DNA of 64,000 bases from Botryllus schlosseri (lineage: Eukaryota), in assembly GCA_051294905.1 (NCBI GenBank), contig CM119375.1, forward strand, positions 1,054,001-1,118,000, in the 5' to 3' direction. The position numbers and the translations under genes are program-made. Positions within the stretch are counted from its first letter, which is position 1; each line of letters opens with the position of its first letter. Below the pieces are notes generated by a model. It saw nothing but the letters and a program-made list of their open reading frames with translations, did not search any database and had not been told where the DNA came from. This document shows positions 57,809 to 64,000 of the stretch, piece after piece.

Positions 57809-60800
57809 ATGGCTTCCAGTCTCGAGGTCGTGCGTCATAGAGTCACCTCAGCTGGCATGGCGTCACCCGGGCATTATCCCCTCACTGCTTCATCGCGACG
57901 AAGACACGCGCCGGTCGGTGTCGTTGGATTCTCGCACCACAGTCGACTGAATCCAGTGGGTTTTCTCGGTACGATCATCTGTGTTTACTGTCTAATATAA
58001 TTTCGCTGCACGTTTCTGGGAAGATTATATTACTTCGCAGTTGTTGCAATTCACCGAATTGTGTGTGATTGATTTCCTTTCATACAGACAAGCGTCGCAA
58101 ACTGCTAGATTTTCAAAATTCGTAATTAGAACAAGTCCTAAAACTACCCACTTTTCAAAACTTACAATTAGAACTGGAACTACAACTAATGTTCAGATAC
58201 CAGCAGTGCTGTTCAGTGTTCACTGATTAGCATTCAACATGGCCATTTGCCATCGATGTCGTAATTTGCTTGATGATTGAAACATGATGCAATGACGAAA
58301 ATCATATATGCCCATAATAAGACCGCAAGCGCTTAAAATTGTCGAATTGTACATGCAATAGCAATGCTGTAAAAACTGATTATAATATCTAAGTATCCAG
58401 TAAATCACTTTTACGAATGCAAATGTAAATCTTAAATACTAATTATCCAGTATATTTCCTTTACGAATGCAAATGTAAATCTGAAATACTGGCTATCCCG
58501 TAAATTGCTTGTACGATTTGAATCTGTAATATATTTACCCTCCAAAACAAGTAAAATTCATTTTGACCTGTCCGTATACTAATTCAACGGGCATTTACCG
58601 TTAATTTAACTGACGGAAGAAATTTACAGGTATCATTTGGATAAATCTACGAATATTTCTAAGAGTGTACTCAACTTTCAAAACTAGCGATAAGAACTAA
58701 ATATTTTGGAAACGGGAAAGCAGGACACTTTTTCAAAATTTTCTGACTTAGCATACTGGAGTAAAGTCCGGAAAAGTGGTTAATTTTGCACGGCATTGTG
58801 GTTGGATCACTAAAAAAAGGTCAACTTTTTCACACTTTACGTTGGTTGACTAAAAAAAACGTCACTTTAGTTCGAACCACGAATTTCCTATATAGTGTCA
58901 TTTATGCCCATTTTCACCCATTTCCACTATCTTAGCTCTAAAAGCTGTAAAGGAGGACGAATTGCCAAAATAGAGGACATTTCGGCGTCCTCGGAGGACA
59001 TTTTCAAAAACCTGAAAAAGGAGGAGAAATCCGGAAGACCTTTTATAAAACAGAACAAACTACTAATACGAATTAATGAATCGCAAATGAGTCAAAGAGA
59101 TAGACAGAATCGGCATTTCAAAGAGAAGGGGTTTCGAGTTACAAATGTGAGGGGTTTCGACCCCAAAACTCACTCCCTAGCTACGCCACTGTTTGTAGTG
59201 GTCACTCTGAGCTAGCAATGGCTGTATGAACATCGTACAACAGCTCACCGGTATCACGGTTCACGCCATACGGCAACACGCGTTTCTAGTTCTTCCACAA
59301 CTTGTTTCAAACGCGCAACCAGAACCACGTACTTCACAAAGCCCGCAGCTCTCGGAACTAGCAGTTCGTTGATCAACGACGAACTAGATTAGTAGTTTGC
59401 ACAAGTCTGAACAGTAGCGTACATTGTTTCATAGCATATATTATATTGTGAATGGTTGCTCTATATGTATATATTTGGGGGTGAAAATTTTATGTCTATC
59501 TGTGAACTACAGCTTGCACCATGTATCCTAGTCTCCATTATCATTTGCCAGTGTCTTTTTTCTTGTTTGTTGGCGTGACGGAATAAAAACTCATCTATCT
59601 ATATCAGAGTAATGCGAATATTTTACCGTTTGAAAATTTCAGTTTTTCAAATTCAGGCCGCCATTCTTGGCACAGCGTGTCGCCGCAGGGCAGCAATTCT
59701 CTACTCTCGACGCGAGTTCAAAAATTCAATTTGCGACTCAGCCCTCCCACGCCAGGCGAGGAAGAACTCTGTCGGAACTGGTTGCAGAACAGCGCGAAGC
59801 ATTCGAAACGTAACAATGAAGACCATGCGGTGTCTTTGGCGGCGAAACACAGTCTGGCGGCTCTGGAGAGGCCTAAAACCGCTCAGGTGACAGAGCTAGT
59901 TACTGTAGTCTGAATAAAAGTAATGCCGTAACCATCTACTCAATTAAATATAGAAGTAAAATGTTCAGCGATTTGTGCCAGTAAGCAATATCGAGTTCCC
60001 TAACTTCTGTAGACCGGCGACCGTTATCGTCATATCACAAAAATGCAACCAAAATGCTGGCAATCTGCTGTATATAGACACTTTTGGAGGTACAGAACTT
60101 CAATATACAGTTGAAAAGCATATTCTTGTTGAAATGAACCCCGATAATACGATCCAATTAAATACACTGTTGTGCGTACAGAACTCCAATTTACAATTGA
60201 ATAGTATTCTTATCGAAAAGAGTACGAATATTTTCGGCTGACACTCGTCGCTGGTAATTGTCAGCAACTACAGTAGAGAATTGAGAATAACATTGTATAA
60301 TGTTGAAAGATATCAAACACAAGCGTCTGCAACTTGAACTAAATATCTTTAGCCTGGCCGTCGCCATTACCACGACCCGGTCGGGCGCCGGCCGATCAAC
60401 ACCGTTCAGAGTGCACGGATGGCGTCGTCGGGACTGGACCGCGTGGCATCATTTGAATCAGAAAGACGAGGGTCACCCTGCACGACTCAGCGAGCATCAC
60501 CTCCTATTGCAACACAAGCAATGAATAAAGTGAGTGGGGGTTATCGAAGTAGGACACTTGTCCTTCTAATGTTATTTTCTTGTCAAATAGGTCGTGATCA
60601 GGTCCGCATGAAGCTAACACACACCTCTTATCCCAGAAAACCGCTTTTTCATTTCTAGATCTCTGAAGAACGAAAATTCGCAGAAAACCCACGGAATTCA
60701 CCGAACAACTATCGCGCGCCCGTCCGTCCCTCCTCAGCGAGGCCGCACGACACGAAACGGCGCATTGGGGCCAGGAACTCGGCCACTCCTCCTCACACGG

Positions 60801-62323
60801 GCACGGGAAAGCCCGAAACGAGGCGGTGGTCTTTGAGCGAGGCCACCACGAATGGCGCCGCTAAAGACGACGATTCTGCCTATTCGTCCTCTCGAGACGT
60901 TACAGACCGCGCCCACACCAACTCCCCGGGACCCCCACGATCCGCCCCAAACCCGAGGCGCCCCAATCCGAGGTCGAAATTTATGGTTTCGGGTCAAGAT
61001 GGCCGGCCCGTGTTGTATTATCGTCACAATGATGGTGACAGGTAGGCAGGTGTTTTGATCTGCAATTTTCATATTTCATTCATTTATTCATTCATTTTTT
61101 TCATTTTTTTTTTCATTCCAATCGTTCATGTATTTAATCATGTCATTTATTTCTTCATTAAGCTTATTTCCTTGTTATTCATTTATTTGCAATATATTCC
61201 ATGGAACTCTGTGATGTCGTTATTGTTTTGTTGTTGCTGTTGAATATTTTTTCTTTGTGATTTGTTGGTTAACCTAAAGGGGCTAACGACATCTAATCTT
61301 TGATGACTCTGTTGCATCGGGCCTCCCGTGTATAACTTGCATATCTGTATATCGCATTTCGCCCAATTGCATTTTAGTTATATGCCATGCGTGCCATTGA
61401 TATGCGCGGTTGACAAATAAAGACTATCTCTTTCTCTCACAGCCGATTGTCGCATCATAATATCAACGACAGAAGATTCATACCCCTCATTCGGCCCGAG
61501 GGAGAATTACGCAGGCCTGTCACGCAGCCAGCCATGGTTCGTACCTCGACAGTCACTTGGTTACTGTTGTTTTACATTCGTTTTATTATTTTATTTTAAT
61601 ATTTGATTATTTATTTAATCAATGTACATACAACTTCATTGTGTTTGCAGAGAACGGAGTAGGTGTCATTGTTGTTTTTACCTTGATTGTACTGTTATTG
61701 GTAATTTTAATATTTAATATATATATTCATTATATTACCTTCATTACCGTATCAATCTTAAATTGTGTTTACAGAAGTCGAAATTGCTGTTGTTATATGT
61801 ATCGAGAATGCATTATTTCTATTCTTTTTATTCTTCTTCTTATAGTTTAATTATGCATTTTATTCATTGCATCACATTCAACGCATACTTGCACTATGTT
61901 TGCGGATAACGGACCAGTTATTTTTGTCTTGAATGTAACGTTTTTATCCATTGTATCATCTGCATTTCATTCCTGCATCTTGATTCCAGAGGACAAAACA
62001 GTTTTATCAATATTTGATCATTTTCATATCTTTTTCCCTATTCACTGTATTACCTTCTTGCATTGTGTTTGTAGGGAACAAAGCAGAGAAGCAGCGGACC
62101 ATTTCGACGAAGATCCACGAGGCTGCGTTCCTCCGACGATGACATACAACAGTGGACGTCAATAGTAATGCCACAACGAACGCTGAAATCGATCAGCCAG
62201 TTCCTCGAACCGCAGCTGCTCGATCGAATTTTAAAATGGCTCGAAAAAATCGAACCGAACCCGAAACTCTATTACGGTTTCGAAACAGATCTGTTCGGCG
62301 GTTCGCTTGGAAATTCCGGATGA
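57809..62323 (+). CDS. Unrecognised ~430-aa Ser/Arg/Pro-rich protein. Exons: 57809-57968, 59657-59886, 60353-60529, 60659-61041, 61443-61536, 62075-62323
   Basis: GC-rich islands with GT-AG boundaries splice into one open frame ending ...LLDRILKWLEKIEPNPKLYYGFETDLFGGSLGNSG*. The exon-1 donor is ambiguous (57955 or 57968). Confidence 0.7.
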
Positions 62324-62566
62324 CACGCGATTTTACCAAGCTCTTCTTATTTATTTGCCTTTGATTTTACAAACCCACATCACAAACTCCATCTACCTCT
62401 CAGACACACAAGCTTTCCTATTTCTGTCATTATGTCATTCTGCTGTCACGCGACGCGTTTCGAACACGAGGTCCGTCCTGGTTTTATTCATCTTTTCATA
62501 GACAAACGTCGTTTCTTACCATTTTCACGTCATTTTCAAACCGAATCACGATTAAAAAAAGGAAAC

Positions 62567-62747
62567 TCATTCGATGTCGTCCAAGGCCTCTTCGGCTTTT
62601 CGCATGCCCTCGTCCCGCATCTGGTCGTCTTCGATCTTGTTGTAGAGGACCCGGGCCTCCTGAAAGCTAGCTTTCGCCTTGGCGAGGGAGCCTATGTCTT
62701 GGTACAGGAGGCCGATGTTGTAGTACAATTGCGGGAGAGTGATCACT
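62567..62747 (-). CDS. Last exon of a TPR-repeat protein gene (upstream exons not resolved)
   Basis: Acceptor tctctcttcag|. Translates LPQLYYNIGLLYQDIGSLAKAKASFQEARVLYNKIEDDQMRDEGMRKAEEALDDIE*, a TPR consensus pattern. Confidence 0.65.
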
Positions 62748-64000
62748 CTGAAGAGAGACGGAATCGGTGATTATATGCTGAAGATAGGCACTTGCGCGTC
62801 AGACCCTTACAATGTGTGCAAAAGAATCAACTACACCTGAAGAAGATATATCCCAGGGGTGTAGTGGGTTATGCTGTCGCTTCGCACCTCACAAAATCTC
62901 AAAAAGAAGGTGCAGGTATAGGGTACATAACCCACTACTAATGGGCCAAATATACCAATTCCCATGGAGACATATCCCGAGGTGTATAGAGTTTCTGTGT
63001 AACACCTTGTGATGCCTTGGGGTGGTTACAGCCCTGGAATTGATCATACAGGTGTATTTGACTCATATAGCAATCCGATGCTATAGTAGAGTTACCAGAG
63101 AGTATATTTTCACTCTGTAGATAAATCACTTCAGATTAGGGCGGGGATCAATGATTACATTGAGTATTTGCTGTCGAGTCCAATATAGTGAGAGGCGATT
63201 ATTTCGAATACTGGAATTTTACGCACCTTTCGTCGTTAGGAGTTCTATACACTGTAAATGTATGGGTGGAAAATAGATGTACAGTCAGACTTCGTGGATG
63301 TGAATCAGGTAAAGGGCACTTTCATGTAGAAAACAGTGCTTCAGACTAGAGCCCGACCGATTATCGGCTCGCCGATAATATCGAGTCGATATCACGCTTG
63401 GAGAGAAATATCGGTATCGGCCATTGAAGGTAAAAAAATATCGGCCATTTTCGTGACGTCACAACATGGTGGCAGGTAGTCAAGAGAAGTCGGTGAAAGA
63501 CGTGAGGACGGTCAATTATAAAAATAAATGGCCAAGCTGCATATAGAGCATACTGCATACAGGGCAGTAGGCGTGTCTATCTGAGTATTATAGATAACTA
63601 ACCACCGTTATGCCCCACTGACTTCGTGGGAATCCCCCTTCAGTAATCGATCAGCAAAGACAGAGAGCAGCTGGATGGATAGTTGTCTGCAGAAGATTTC
63701 AATCAGTAAGAGAAATGAGAACTTCAATCATGATGGACTGACCCTCGTAATGATAGAGAAAAGCGTCGCGTCGAAACATTTCCCGGTTCGGTACCAACAG
63801 AGCTAATCATACCAGTAATGTATGAAGTCGTCTGACTGAGGCCTGCGGCTGCGGAGCCACCATGATAGGAAATATGCGAGCATAAAGGGCAAGAAAATCA
63901 AGCAAACGTGGAGTAAAGCCAGTAATTGATACGAACATTTTTGATTCCATGATGACATTGGCCAATTCTGACAAATGCTGGTCAAAGGCCCATGGGGGAT

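Noticed and set aside
63600-64000. Coding-like minus-strand frame (PPWAFDQHLSELANV...) as an upstream exon of the TPR gene
   Set aside because: The donor phase is incompatible with the TPR last exon, and the frame continues through several stops, which suggests a decayed sequence cut by the window edge.

Overview
AT-rich animal genomic DNA with spliceosomal introns, some only 56-60 nt. The host is most likely an invertebrate deuterostome, probably an ascidian; this is inferred, not proven. Most of the window (2222-45565, +) is a 29-coding-exon Tie/TEK-type receptor tyrosine kinase gene (Ig-Ig-3xEGF-Ig-6xFN3-TM-kinase), and every exon phase in my model is compatible. The intron after the first coding exon I could place holds a 15,579-bp Maverick/Polinton-type element (3222-18800). 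It has AGTAGT...ACTACT termini, a perfect 6-bp target-site duplication (TTCATT) and long but mosaic inverted arms. It encodes an intact 1292-aa protein-primed PolB, a tandem OB-fold SSB-like protein, an intronless 3-BIR IAP without a RING, and a small ORF resembling a death-effector domain. I could recognise no integrase, capsid, packaging ATPase or maturation protease. Nearly every ORF in the element has a 3' splice site just before its ATG. The element sits between the predicted branch point and the acceptor of a Tie exon. The rest of the window holds an intron-nested SAM methyltransferase, a convergent tandem fibrinogen-domain (FReD) gene, a ~430-aa orphan gene, the last exon of a TPR gene, hAT elements/MITEs with 8-bp TSDs, a 5'-truncated CR1/L2-type LINE and tRNA-derived SINEs. 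The main candidate for an undescribed system is the capsid-less, integrase-less, self-replicating Polinton derivative carrying anti-cell-death cargo.
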